From an uncultured Gammaproteobacteria bacterium (GTDB lineage Bacteria; Pseudomonadota; Gammaproteobacteria; JABCZS01), in the NCBI GenBank assembly GCA_963848305.1, contig CAWKDC010000001.1, positions 736,001 through 800,000 on the forward strand: 64,000 nt of DNA. The letters run 5' to 3'. The notes beneath the pieces are model-generated. The model did not search any database, was not told where the DNA came from, and worked only from the letters and a program-made list of their open reading frames with translations. Positions 1-10,732 of the stretch are shown piece after piece. The number at the start of each line of letters is the position of its first letter. Position 1 is the first letter of the stretch. The translations under genes were made by a program, and so were the position numbers.

Positions 1-89
1 CGACGCACTTGATCTCCCTCGCCTACCAAGCGAGAGTCAATCACTTTCGTATCGGCTGCTCCGCAAAACATACAACGCATAATGAGTCC

Positions 90-1349
<1,260 letters not shown>

Positions 1350-1453
1350 AGCAATACCTCGCGTGAGACAGGAAAAGAGCCCATATTGTACACTTATTTA
1401 TCATGCTTTGGTTGTATGCAGTCTCTTATATGGGTTATACTCTGAAGTCTTAA

Positions 1454-1848
1454 GGGGGCGACCTGGTTTCGACGTGGGTTGCAAACCCCAAGGGGCATGT
1501 CGAGCATTGTGGCTTAACTCGTAAATCTAGCTGCAAAAGTCTAAGTGCAAACTATGACAACCATGCTGATGAGATCGCTGTAGCCGCCTAATCGCTGCTA
1601 CGCTCTCGCCGCTTAATAACCGGCAGGCACCGTTACCTCTCTGTGTCAGTCCTGGGAGAATAACGGTCACACTAGACTGAACCGCGGCAAAGACCCCACC
1701 TGAGGTCAATGTCGCTAAAACGATCAGGCTCGCAGTGGGTTCTATCTTTGCACATCAGATGGCCCATTGCTAAAACCGAGTATGTGATAAACATGTAGAA
1801 CCGAGGGCAGAGTGCTTGCGGACGCGGGTTCAATTCCCGCCGCCTCCA
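1454..1848 (+). ncRNA. ssrA: tmRNA (one-piece)
   Basis: 5' GGGGGCG pairs with CGCCTCC(A) at 1841-1848 with the G3.U alanine wobble. T-arm GCGGGTTCAATTCCCGC. Tag frame 1547-1591 reads ANYDNHADEIAVAA*. CCA is not encoded. Confidence 0.95.
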
Positions 1849-1901
1849 GGTTTTGAAATAAGAAAGGCCAGCTTTGCTGGCCTTTCTTATTTCAAAACCT
1901 G
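1847..1901. terminator. 26-bp perfect hairpin at the ssrA 3' end
   Basis: caggttttgaaataagaaaggccagc-ttt-gctggcctttcttatttcaaaacctg. Confidence 0.8.
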
Positions 1902-1961
1902 AAAGCGAGGGTGGAAATGAGCACGCGTAGCGGGTTCATTATAATAAGTCCTCACCGACCC

Positions 1962-1994
1962 TGTCACCCCGGAAAACGCAAAGCGTTTATCCGG
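1962..1994. repeat. Truncated REP/RPE-like palindrome
   Basis: tgtcacc-ccgga-aaacgc-aaa-gcgttt-a-tccgg hairpin with a GTCA-type foot. Confidence 0.45.
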
Positions 1995-2066
1995 TGCCGC
2001 CTCTATGAATTCAAACAAATGAAAGCATAATAATCATATTGTCAACAGAACACCCCCGCATTTCTC

Positions 2067-2173
2067 AGCCTCGTAGAGGCGTGAGACGCAGAGCCCCCCA
2101 TGCAGCCGCCGCAGGCGGCGGTATGGGGGGTATATAGTATGATTTTGTCTTAAGCCCTGAAAGGGCGTCACTT
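2067..2173. repeat. One arm of a REP-like three-hairpin element
   Basis: Hairpins agcctcgtagaggcg, cccccca...ccgccgcaggcgg...tgggggg and agccctgaaagggcgtcactt. Same layout as the left arm at 45492. Confidence 0.6.
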
Positions 2174-2306
2174 CATGTTGATGATGGACATCAAATGGCG
2201 TCCAACAAATATTGTGATGGTTTGTATAGCTACAATTCTTCCCCCTGATCATCATCTTAAAACGGTTACAAATTGTAGTCATCTGATTGATATTTATAAC
2301 TAGTTT

Positions 2307-3605
2307 TCAAGATCTTTCAATAAGCTGCAGATGACAATTTTGATTACTTCCATGACTTTTGATTCCTTTTTGATTATTTAACTCCATTTGATTCAAAAAC
2401 CTAATTAACGATCGCCCTACTGCAAATGACAAATTCACTGGAACAGCGTTGCCGATTTGTTTGTACTGTGAGCTCAGTGAGCCAGTAAATTCCCATTCAT
2501 CAGGGAAGGTTTGGATCCTCGCATACTCTCTAACTGTTAAGGGTCGCGTTTCTTCAGGATGGCATCTTTCTGTCTGTTTCTGCGCAGGCGCGCAGGTCAA
2601 TGTCAGACTTGGCTCATCCCAGCTCAATCTTCTTGCCATGCCAGTCTTGCCACCCCCAAGATAGTAACTGCCTTGCATATATTCTTTTTGAATTTTTTCC
2701 GGTAAATCTCGCCAATATCCACCAGGAGGAACCTTTTTTAAAATTTCTGCCTTTCTCTTGGGATATTTCTGTCCCTCTGATAGGGGCACATCCGTGTCAT
2801 AAAGCTCACCTTTTTTTAATGCATCTCGCATTGTCAAGATACGGTGATAAGGTGAAGGCCAGTCAAAATCTGTCGTACTACATAAATCTTTTCGCACAGC
2901 GACTAGCAATAAACGTTCGCGTTTTTGGGGCACCTTATAGAAAACAGCCTTTAATACTCTTGACCCAATGAGGTGATAGCCCAGTTCATCAATGATCCCC
3001 TTGATTGTTTCCAGCGTTTTACCATTGTCATGCTGAAGCAAGCCGCGTACATTTTCAGCAAGAATCATTTTCGGACGCGTTTCTTTAATGGCTCTTGCAA
3101 ACTCAAAAAATAAAGTGCCACGTGTGTCTTCAAAGCCAAGTTGATTTCCTGCGTAGGAAAATGCTTGGCAGGGAAATCCCCCTGACAATAAATCTACCTC
3201 CCCACGATAGCGCGAAAAATTAATTTGAGAAATATCACCCTCAACAACATTCCAGCTGGGTTTATTTTTTCTTAATGTATTGCATGCATGTCTATCAATT
3301 TCATTTAATAAAATAGACCTAAAACCCGCTTTTTCAATTCCCAAAGCAAGACCGCCCGCCCCCGCAAAAAGTTCAATCGATGTAAACTCTCTCACAGGCT
3401 TAATTGCTAATTCCTCTTCCCATTTACTTTGAAATAATTGTTGTGCTTGATCAAAAGATGCTATCTTTTTTTTTGAATAATAATGGCAACCATCTTTTTC
3501 TATGTCAGGGGTCAATTTCCCTGACGCTTTCCATACTCTTAGTACTTCTTTTGTAACACCCAAAATATCAGCAAGTTGTGCTATTGTAAAAATTTCCTTT
3601 GACAT
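2307..3605 (-). CDS. C5 cytosine DNA methyltransferase with N-terminal MerR-like HTH (M.Eco47II/Sau96I-like)
   Basis: Motif I ELFAGAGG, IV GFPCQAFS, VI ENVRG, VIII QKRER, X QIGNAVP. N-terminal TIAQLADILGVTKEVLRVW HTH. Confidence 0.93.
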   Translation of the reverse strand: MSKEIFTIAQLADILGVTKEVLRVWKASGKLTPDIEKDGCHYYSKKKIASFDQAQQLFQSKWEEELAIKPVREFTSIELFAGAGGLALGIEKAGFRSILLNEIDRHACNTLRKNKPSWNVVEGDISQINFSRYRGEVDLLSGGFPCQAFSYAGNQLGFEDTRGTLFFEFARAIKETRPKMILAENVRGLLQHDNGKTLETIKGIIDELGYHLIGSRVLKAVFYKVPQKRERLLLVAVRKDLCSTTDFDWPSPYHRILTMRDALKKGELYDTDVPLSEGQKYPKRKAEILKKVPPGGYWRDLPEKIQKEYMQGSYYLGGGKTGMARRLSWDEPSLTLTCAPAQKQTERCHPEETRPLTVREYARIQTFPDEWEFTGSLSSQYKQIGNAVPVNLSFAVGRSLIRFLNQMELNNQKGIKSHGSNQNCHLQLIERS

Positions 3606-3624
3606 TATTAATACCTTCCTTTGT

Positions 3625-3649
3625 TAATAATTATTTAATATAGTTATTA
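3625..3649. promoter_or_regulatory. Inverted repeat upstream of the methyltransferase (candidate autoregulatory operator)
   Basis: taataattat-ttaat-atagttatta, one mismatch, about 20 nt from the MTase start. AT-rich, so it may be chance. Confidence 0.35.
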
Positions 3650-3675
3650 GTTAATAAAATCTTACTTGTGATATT

Positions 3676-4401
3676 TTATTCCCCAAATGCCAAGTTAAAA
3701 TATTGAGCAAATTTCTCCTTATCACGAATTTCAAACCCTTCTTGCATACATTTCTCGCGCATCAGTTTCTCTATAATTGTGGGTAAAACACAATATAACT
3801 CTCTCAAAGCATTTTCCCTTCCTGTCACTAAATGGTAAAAACTTGCTCCATCAATTTTTCTAACCTGCACATTTTTAGCTACAGGGCTACCTGTGCTTCT
3901 ATCTGATGGTTGAAATGGCACATTAAAGCGCTTTGAAGTCTTTGGAATGATGTTAACAAAATATGCCGTATATTCAAACCAACTACTAGCCTTTTTTGAT
4001 ACTTTATCAGATAACGAATTATATTGATCTATTAATGATCCTCCTGTTACCGTATTATACTTATTCTTGACCTCTGCAATGATTCTACGAGAATCATTCT
4101 TTAAGTCAACTTCATCCCCAACACCAAGGTCTACCCATCCGTCAACTTTACCAAGAATTTTCTGATGTAACGTCCCAAGCCGAGTTGTAAGGGTTTTCTG
4201 ACATTGCCGCACTATCTCAGATTTTTTCCATTCATCATGATTAATATTAGAGATTGCTGCATCAAAAATAGTTGCAAATGGGTCAATCACGTTTTTTGTG
4301 AAATTCTTTTCTGCAGATCTTTTTGATTTTAATCCATTCTTCAATAAATCAACAACAAAATTTTCAAGATCTACATCATTAATATAAGTCAAATATGGCA
4401 T
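3676..4401 (-). CDS. Type II restriction endonuclease, Eco47II family
   Basis: NVIDPF...QKTL...G.LHQKILG...VDL...EVKNKYNT..GG...IDGASFY..VTG motifs; adjacent to the C5 MTase. Start set at the ATG of MPYLTY. Confidence 0.85.
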   Translation of the reverse strand: MPYLTYINDVDLENFVVDLLKNGLKSKRSAEKNFTKNVIDPFATIFDAAISNINHDEWKKSEIVRQCQKTLTTRLGTLHQKILGKVDGWVDLGVGDEVDLKNDSRRIIAEVKNKYNTVTGGSLIDQYNSLSDKVSKKASSWFEYTAYFVNIIPKTSKRFNVPFQPSDRSTGSPVAKNVQVRKIDGASFYHLVTGRENALRELYCVLPTIIEKLMREKCMQEGFEIRDKEKFAQYFNLAFGE

Positions 4402-4838
4402 CAAGGGTGAGCTCCGCGCAGACAAATAACATTTTACATGAGAATTTCGACTGATCAAGGTTTGATACTAGCACAACTTCACTCCTACTTCTAGCCAAAG
4501 AATTATCTAAAACTGATCAAAATTTATTAATTCATTATTATATTAAACAATTCAAAGAATATCATATAAAGCATAGCGGTTTACTAATTCGGAAATCAGA
4601 TGATTTCATCCTTCGAACTCTATGCAAACACGTCTCTACGAGAGCAAAGATTAAAAGGTTTCTAACTTAGAAATCATACTACTAGCCCTATTTGATAACC
4701 CACACATACCAAGGGATTAAAGCCATTATGATTTTATGAATAATTTATGTTTATCAAGAGAAGAATAATGATACAATCATGGGCTAGTTAGCTCAAGTAA
4801 GCAAGCATTTTGTAAAAAAATAAATAAAGGAAGACATT

Positions 4839-5066
4839 ATGAAGCCACGTATAGAGAATGATAAGCAAGTTATTGAAGAAATCGAGATCAGGAGGCTTAG
4901 AATGAAAGAACTGGAACAGTGTGGAGATGCATCTGTAAACTCTGTGACGAACATATTTTATCACAGCTTTTTCACTCACGGATGGGATGAAAATGTTCAA
5001 ATCAGATATATTAATGACGGGAGAAATGTGAATATTGAACGTATTGAGGACGAATTATATGGTTAA
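4839..5066 (+). CDS. Small hypothetical protein
   Basis: 75-aa ORF with RBS-like aaggaag; its stop overlaps the next start. Confidence 0.45.
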   Translation: MKPRIENDKQVIEEIEIRRLRMKELEQCGDASVNSVTNIFYHSFFTHGWDENVQIRYINDGRNVNIERIEDELYG

Positions 5067-6144
5067 AAAATCAACCCAATGCAACAACGGATGCGACTCT
5101 CATTATGAGACTCATATCAAACATGAAGGATTCAATATCGCCAACAGCTATATTTGCAAATCATGCAATCAAAAAGTTGTATGCAAACAAACAAAAATCG
5201 ATAAGCTGACACGAGAAATTGATAGATATCATGCGCTAGCATGTGAACAATGGCAAGATGTATCCAACAAAACGGATGCTTTTGTTGTGCCGCCCGAAAA
5301 CATTGAAATCTTTTCACAAGCAGCACTTATGAAACTAATGCCAAATCAAACCATTATCTTAAATGATACTGGCACACGTGACTCCATGTTTGACATACTA
5401 GTAATAAATGAAACCGATGGGCATCGGATTGCAATTGAAATAACACAGGCAACCAATAAAACCAGGATCGAAAACATCCGAACATTCTCTAACAAAGTCA
5501 TCGAATTTCCAGCCTCAAATCGGAGATGGGAGCTATTGGTAAATAGTACAGTAAAGTTTAAGATTATAAATCTAAAAGCGTGTTTGTTGAAAGTTGAGCA
5601 GAATTTCACTAAAAATGATCTAATCAACTTAAATCTTTATCAATCTAATTCACTGACAGACTATCCAGATCTGCTACAAATGGGTATCGAATCAGTATAT
5701 GCCACCTTATCAGAGCATAAAACTAATGGAGAAATTACTATCACATTACTTAGCTCCACTCAAATTAATGCAGATCCAGTTCTGAACCTTCGACGTTTGC
5801 TTAGTCAACTTTTTACCACTGTAAAAGCTATTGACAATTTAAATAAGTTGAAAAAATCTTGCACAAGTGAAAGGCATGTATTCGTACCCATTACACATAT
5901 GCCACGCGAAGGATATGATTTCTCTAGAATCAAAAGCGGAACATACACTGTCGTCGACATTAATGCGCGTGAATGGCCTGAGGAAATTGACGCAATCTGG
6001 GCAGCTGATTTGTCAAGGTTCATTAAAAATGGCAATCGTGCATTTCATGCAATCAAAATTGAAAAAATAAAACACGGTGATAATATTTTAACAGTACGGG
6101 TAAACGAATACCCACTCCAACCATATGTAGTAGTTCCAACTTGA
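5059..6144 (+). CDS. Hypothetical protein, possible Zn-ribbon plus PD-(D/E)XK-like nuclease fold
   Basis: N-terminal CxxxC...CxxC; SMFDILV...RIAIEITQ resembles a nuclease core. AT-rich. Confidence 0.55.
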   Translation: MVKKSTQCNNGCDSHYETHIKHEGFNIANSYICKSCNQKVVCKQTKIDKLTREIDRYHALACEQWQDVSNKTDAFVVPPENIEIFSQAALMKLMPNQTIILNDTGTRDSMFDILVINETDGHRIAIEITQATNKTRIENIRTFSNKVIEFPASNRRWELLVNSTVKFKIINLKACLLKVEQNFTKNDLINLNLYQSNSLTDYPDLLQMGIESVYATLSEHKTNGEITITLLSSTQINADPVLNLRRLLSQLFTTVKAIDNLNKLKKSCTSERHVFVPITHMPREGYDFSRIKSGTYTVVDINAREWPEEIDAIWAADLSRFIKNGNRAFHAIKIEKIKHGDNILTVRVNEYPLQPYVVVPT

Positions 6145-6277
6145 TGTGACACAGGGTCTTGAAAAAGATACGGTTACCCGTTTTAATGCATGTGCAGGCA
6201 AACATTGAAACTTGGGTGTAACCGTATATGTTGAATACTACATAAAAGATACCTGATAATCATAATAATTCTGGTTA

Positions 6278-7696
6278 TTAATTTTCTTTCAACCAGTCAT
6301 GCAAAAACTCCGTCGCCCTCACGTCATCCTCGTTATAATTGATAATATCTTGCAACACAGCCCGATCACCTGTTTCCAACCATTGTTCATACCAGAAAAT
6401 ACTTTGCGCACCACCTGCCTTGGCATGTTGCCATTTGAAATTTAGATGTTTTGCAATATCTTTGATGGAATAAAAATAAATGGGAAAAATGAACGATTGG
6501 GTGACAATGGTTGACAGATCAACTAGGTTCTCAATAAAACAACTCAGTTGTTCGGAACCGCCATATTTCTCAGATAATTTTCCCAGGTATGTTTTTTCAT
6601 AACTAGCATAATGGTACACTTTGAAATCACTAAAATTCTCCTTCTTGAGCCAATACAAAAAGTCATTCCACATATTACCTTCATCGCTCGGATTTTCTGC
6701 CAGAAAATAGGTGAAAATGGGTTTATCATTCCCCTTTACGATCAGAAATCCAAAAAGATATTGCACGCCCAAAAATGGATCCCCCTCGATATCGAAATAT
6801 ATTTTGATGTGCGCATCAGGAAGAATAGGATCAGACACTTGAATGATTTTCCCACTGATCAGTGCGGATGCTTGCATTTGCGCGCGCTTTAACGTAGCTG
6901 TGCTTGCGCCTTTTATTTTTGGCAATCCATCAAGGTCACATAACGCCATATCGCTGATTGTTCTGACCCCTGCTTTTCTTAACTCTTCCAATGAATCTAC
7001 CCGAACATTGTATATCAATGCAATATCAGATTTCGCTTTTGCTTCTTTTAATAATAAATCAAACCAGGGCGTTTCCTTGCATACTGAAGAGATTTTCAGT
7101 GGAGGTTCTGTTCCTCTGAGGATTTTTAAAATATCATCGATCACCTCTTGCGTTGATTTCTGAATCTTTTCTGTTAGCTCGCAGGATTTTTCAGCTTTAA
7201 ATTTGTTGATAAATCCACCAAAAGCAGGAAAGTGACCTTGTATTTTATTTAAAATAATCGCATACAGCATCAATTGTTTTTTGTATTCCGGCTTATCACA
7301 TTTCGTAGAGTTTTTGATTTCAATTGGCATGTAATAATAGTCGCCAAAAATAGATGAACCTTTACATTTTTTAAGAAGGTCAGGCCTGCCTTTGAACCTA
7401 ACATCACCAGCAACATAGGAAATGGCACCCTGATATATCAGCTCTTCACCGGATCGCATGTATTCAAGTGTTTGCCTTTCGGCCTCTTCCTCAGATAGGG
7501 TTTTATCAATTGATATCTTGTTTAACCCTTTGACATACTCCTCCTCATGTAAGACCCCGCCCTCAATAAGTCTCTTGGTTAATTCAGGCAGCTCGGCCTT
7601 CAGGCTCATATCACCATGGATGTCGTACCAAATCCAGTGTGGTGATTTTGCGTATTGGAAGAATAGCGATGGGCTGACTTCAAATAGCTGATTCAT
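6278..7696 (-). CDS. TM0106-family RecB-like putative nuclease
   Basis: GRPDLL...YMPIEIK...QLMLY nuclease domain, HhH-like middle, RNase H-like C-terminus (YFDIEGDP, YHYASYE, YSIKDIA, YNEDDVRAT). Confidence 0.9.
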   Translation of the reverse strand: MNQLFEVSPSLFFQYAKSPHWIWYDIHGDMSLKAELPELTKRLIEGGVLHEEEYVKGLNKISIDKTLSEEEAERQTLEYMRSGEELIYQGAISYVAGDVRFKGRPDLLKKCKGSSIFGDYYYMPIEIKNSTKCDKPEYKKQLMLYAIILNKIQGHFPAFGGFINKFKAEKSCELTEKIQKSTQEVIDDILKILRGTEPPLKISSVCKETPWFDLLLKEAKAKSDIALIYNVRVDSLEELRKAGVRTISDMALCDLDGLPKIKGASTATLKRAQMQASALISGKIIQVSDPILPDAHIKIYFDIEGDPFLGVQYLFGFLIVKGNDKPIFTYFLAENPSDEGNMWNDFLYWLKKENFSDFKVYHYASYEKTYLGKLSEKYGGSEQLSCFIENLVDLSTIVTQSFIFPIYFYSIKDIAKHLNFKWQHAKAGGAQSIFWYEQWLETGDRAVLQDIINYNEDDVRATEFLHDWLKEN

Positions 7697-7756
7697 ATCT
7701 GCCCTCCTAGTTCATTTTATCAATTTGCGTAGCAGTGCAAGTATGCAACTGCAAAA

Positions 7757-8897
7757 TCAAATTAAACTCATTTCAAAAATATCAAGATATTTTCTGTAAA
7801 CATATATACGCCCGTATTTAACATGTTGATCCCTTAATTCCAGTATCCCTATCTCAATAAGGCGTTCAATTAATTTCTGAGCTCCACGTCGAGTGGTAAA
7901 TCCTGCCCACTCTTGTATGTTCCTCACTGAAACAATAGGTCGAGCGTATAATTTAGGCAATATCTTCATGGCGCTTTGTGAGGATGTTTTATTCATTCCG
8001 CTTATTTTTGCGATGTCTTGTTCCCGTAACAAAGTAATCTCACGAACAGTTTCAATTGACGCCTCTGCCGTTTCAATCACACCATCAAGAAAAAACTCAA
8101 TCCATTTTTCTACTTTTTCTGAACGATAATCAGTCAACCGCTGATAATAGACGTGTTTGTATTTCTTAAAGTAAGAAGATAAGTACAGCACGGGCTTTTC
8201 CAATAATTTTTCTTGGTATAAATAGAAGACTATGAGCATGCGTCCTGTACGTCCATTCCCATCTAAAAAGGGATGAATGGTTTCAAATTGGGCATGAATA
8301 ATGGCCGCTTTCAGCAAGGGAGGCATCGTATCTGTTGCATGCAAAAATTTCTCCAAATCGTTTAAAGCGTGTTTCATATCATCTACAGGCGGCGGAACAA
8401 ATTCTGCATCCGCAGGCACCTTTTCCGTTAATCCAATTTTGACTTTTACGAAAATGACCAGGATCAGAAAAGTGTGTGCTCCGTGCTTCGTCATCCATTA
8501 GTTTTGCATGTATCTCACGTAAAAATCTTAGTGACAGTGGAAGTGATTCGAGTCTTTTTAATCCATAAGCAAGTGCTTCAATATAATGTTGAATATCACC
8601 CACATCACCTTGAGCGGGAGCACCTGCTTTAGCCTCTGCTTCAAGAGCATCAGCCATCGTCGCCTTTGTTCCTTCTATCTGGCTAGAGGCTGCGGCATCC
8701 TTCAATTCATACATAAAAAGGAAAAAGTCTACATCTGGCAGTAGCTGCGTGATCCCATCCAACTTACCCATCACCCGCTCAGCCTTAACGACCTTTTGAA
8801 TAATTTCTGGCGAGTGCTCGGAAAGCCCTTTAGCAGGGAAAGGTGCTGGTATAAACGCTTTGAAGCCATTTGGTTGTTGGATATTTTTACCTATCAT
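7757..8897 (-). CDS. fic: Fic family protein with C-terminal HTH (one +1 frameshift near 8421-8424)
   Basis: SSQIEGT inhibitory motif in the upstream ORF and HPFLDGNGRTGR in the downstream ORF. Removing one base from a 4-nt run joins SQNWINGK to VPADAEFVPPP. Confidence 0.88.
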
Positions 8898-8912
8898 AAA
8901 AGCCCTCTTGAA

Positions 8913-9009
8913 TATTGTATACATTGCCCTATTGAATGTATACAGTTTTAATAAAACCGTATACATTCACTATTCCAATGTATACAGTTTATATAAAACT
9001 GTATACATT
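8913..9009. repeat. Five GTATAC-centred palindromic units at exact 21-bp spacing upstream of fic
   Basis: GTATAC starts at 8917, 8938, 8959, 8980 and 9001. Long dyads at 8933-8969 and 8977-9009. Confidence 0.9.
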
Positions 9010-9318
9010 TACAAGCTCTATCAAACAGCGTATATTACGTGGACGTGACAGCCTTATAGCTGAGCCCTGGGGGCCTTTTTGGGGGCTTATTTAAAAATCA
9101 CATTAAATATATCATATAAAATCATATAGATACAAGCTCAATGTGATTGACGCCCTACTAGGTATTCGCCATTTACTCACCGCCAGTTATCGATGAGGCA
9201 CTCTTGCATACCGATTCGCGCTGACTAAAACAATAAATCATGCTATCTTATGTCAGTGATCGATAAATAGATGCTTTAGTTCGATATTTGTGAGATGAAT
9301 ACATTACAGGGAGGTAGT

Positions 9319-9990
9319 ATGGCAATAAAAAAATGGATAACCGCAATCATTGGATGTTCTTTGACTCTAGGCGCTATGGCCGATACGACTGAAAAATATC
9401 ACCCATGGTCATTCATTGGTAGCCTCGGTTATACTTGGTACAACGATTTCTATGATGGTGTCCAACTGCTGATCTTTCTGCGCAAGAAGCCATCGGCGAT
9501 GGTCAAACGGCTCTGGGACGATTTGCTATTGCTAGAGATTTAGGGGCTTTAAACACAGTACGATTTGGTATTGAACTTGGGGTTCAAAGCGGCAATACTG
9601 CTCGCCTTGATATTCCTCAATCCACTATTGATGAACTAGGAGGAATCCTTCCCCAAGTCACGATCAAACCGATATTAGACCTTCTTGCTACAGCATCATG
9701 GCAACCAGTAGAAAATATCCCCGTATTTGGCTTAATTAAACCCGGTATTGCTTACCGTCGCTATGCAAGTCAATGATCGTGTTACTTTCAATGATCTTTC
9801 CGAAGTAGCATTTGAACTACAAGCAGGATTGGGCATGCGCATCTCAGACCGTGCAAATTTATCGTTAAATTACCAAGGTATATTCGCGGGTAATACGACC
9901 TATACGATTAACACCACGACATTCACGGGACATATCTCTAATATCCCAATGCAGAATGGATTATTATTAAGTCTTTCGTTTGGTGTTTAA
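9319..9990 (+). CDS. Outer-membrane beta-barrel-like protein, two frameshifts (about 9460 and 9761)
   Basis: RBS ggaggt and a signal peptide. A middle frame reads GDGQTALGRFAI...GIELGVQSGN...KPILDLL, and the last frame ends FELQAGLG...NGLLLSLSFGV with amphipathic strands. Confidence 0.6.
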
Positions 9991-10011
9991 AGATTAATGA
10001 CAGGAGGTTTT

Positions 10012-10662
10012 ATGTTTATCAAAAAACTTGGTATTACGTTAGGATGCATTATTTCATGTAGTCTCGTGGCTGCACCTAACCCCGCAAGTCAAGAGTGGGT
10101 GCTGAAGCAACTTGCGACGGTTAATACGACACTTACAGCTGCTGATTGGGCTAACGTTTGTCATGCTGGAAGTTCGCCTGCGAGTAGCGAAGGTTGCTAT
10201 GGAAGCTCGAATACCGCTGCTTTCGCAAAACTGGATAATGGGTTGAGGGGTTTTAGCTCATTGGCAAACTTTAATACCACTTTGGCATCACCTTCATCTA
10301 GTGTATATATCAAGGCGTTTCTGGCAGGTACCAATGTTCCTGCATACACGAATGCTATTGCTGTTTCTGTGACGGGTGTCATGGCAAGATGCACACTTTA
10401 TGTTCAAAAAGGTACCGGCATTAATAGCGATGACGGTTTGAATTCAGCCATATATTCATCAGGTGCGTCTTATCGAACAGGCCCCCAAGCCCCCTATATA
10501 GCTACGATTAACAATCAATCTAGCGTAAATTTTTACTATAATAATAGTCCCAATGCTGGTACTGCAAGCCCTCCTGATCCTATTTATTTGATTTGTGTTG
10601 GTGTTAACTCCACCGATGGCTATACCCCTGTGTCTATCGCAGGAGCAATAACAGCAAACTAA
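10012..10662 (+). CDS. Exported S/T/N/G-rich hypothetical protein
   Basis: RBS ggagg, signal peptide, then a PASQEWV motif. Confidence 0.7.
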   Translation: MFIKKLGITLGCIISCSLVAAPNPASQEWVLKQLATVNTTLTAADWANVCHAGSSPASSEGCYGSSNTAAFAKLDNGLRGFSSLANFNTTLASPSSSVYIKAFLAGTNVPAYTNAIAVSVTGVMARCTLYVQKGTGINSDDGLNSAIYSSGASYRTGPQAPYIATINNQSSVNFYYNNSPNAGTASPPDPIYLICVGVNSTDGYTPVSIAGAITAN

Positions 10663-10732
10663 AGTCGCCCTAAGAATAGAGGAGAACATATATTAAACGT
10701 TCGATAAACCATGGCGATTTGTGAGTGCCATG

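Noticed and set aside
1996-2003. gccgcctc as an attR copy of the ssrA 3' end
   Set aside because: Only an 8-nt match. No longer duplication or integrase was found, so island boundaries cannot be set.
2034-2282. 82-aa ORF
   Set aside because: It is largely a translation of the REP-like hairpins.
6168-6227. Bulged inverted repeat as an attC site
   Set aside because: It lacks the canonical core ends and lies between convergent genes, so a terminator-like hairpin is more likely.
6278-7696. Cas4
   Set aside because: The extra HhH-like and RNase H-like domains define the TM0106 family; no CRISPR context.
8913-9009. CRISPR array or plasmid iterons
   Set aside because: The 21-bp period is too short for repeat-spacer units, the spacers recur, and there is no cas or rep gene.
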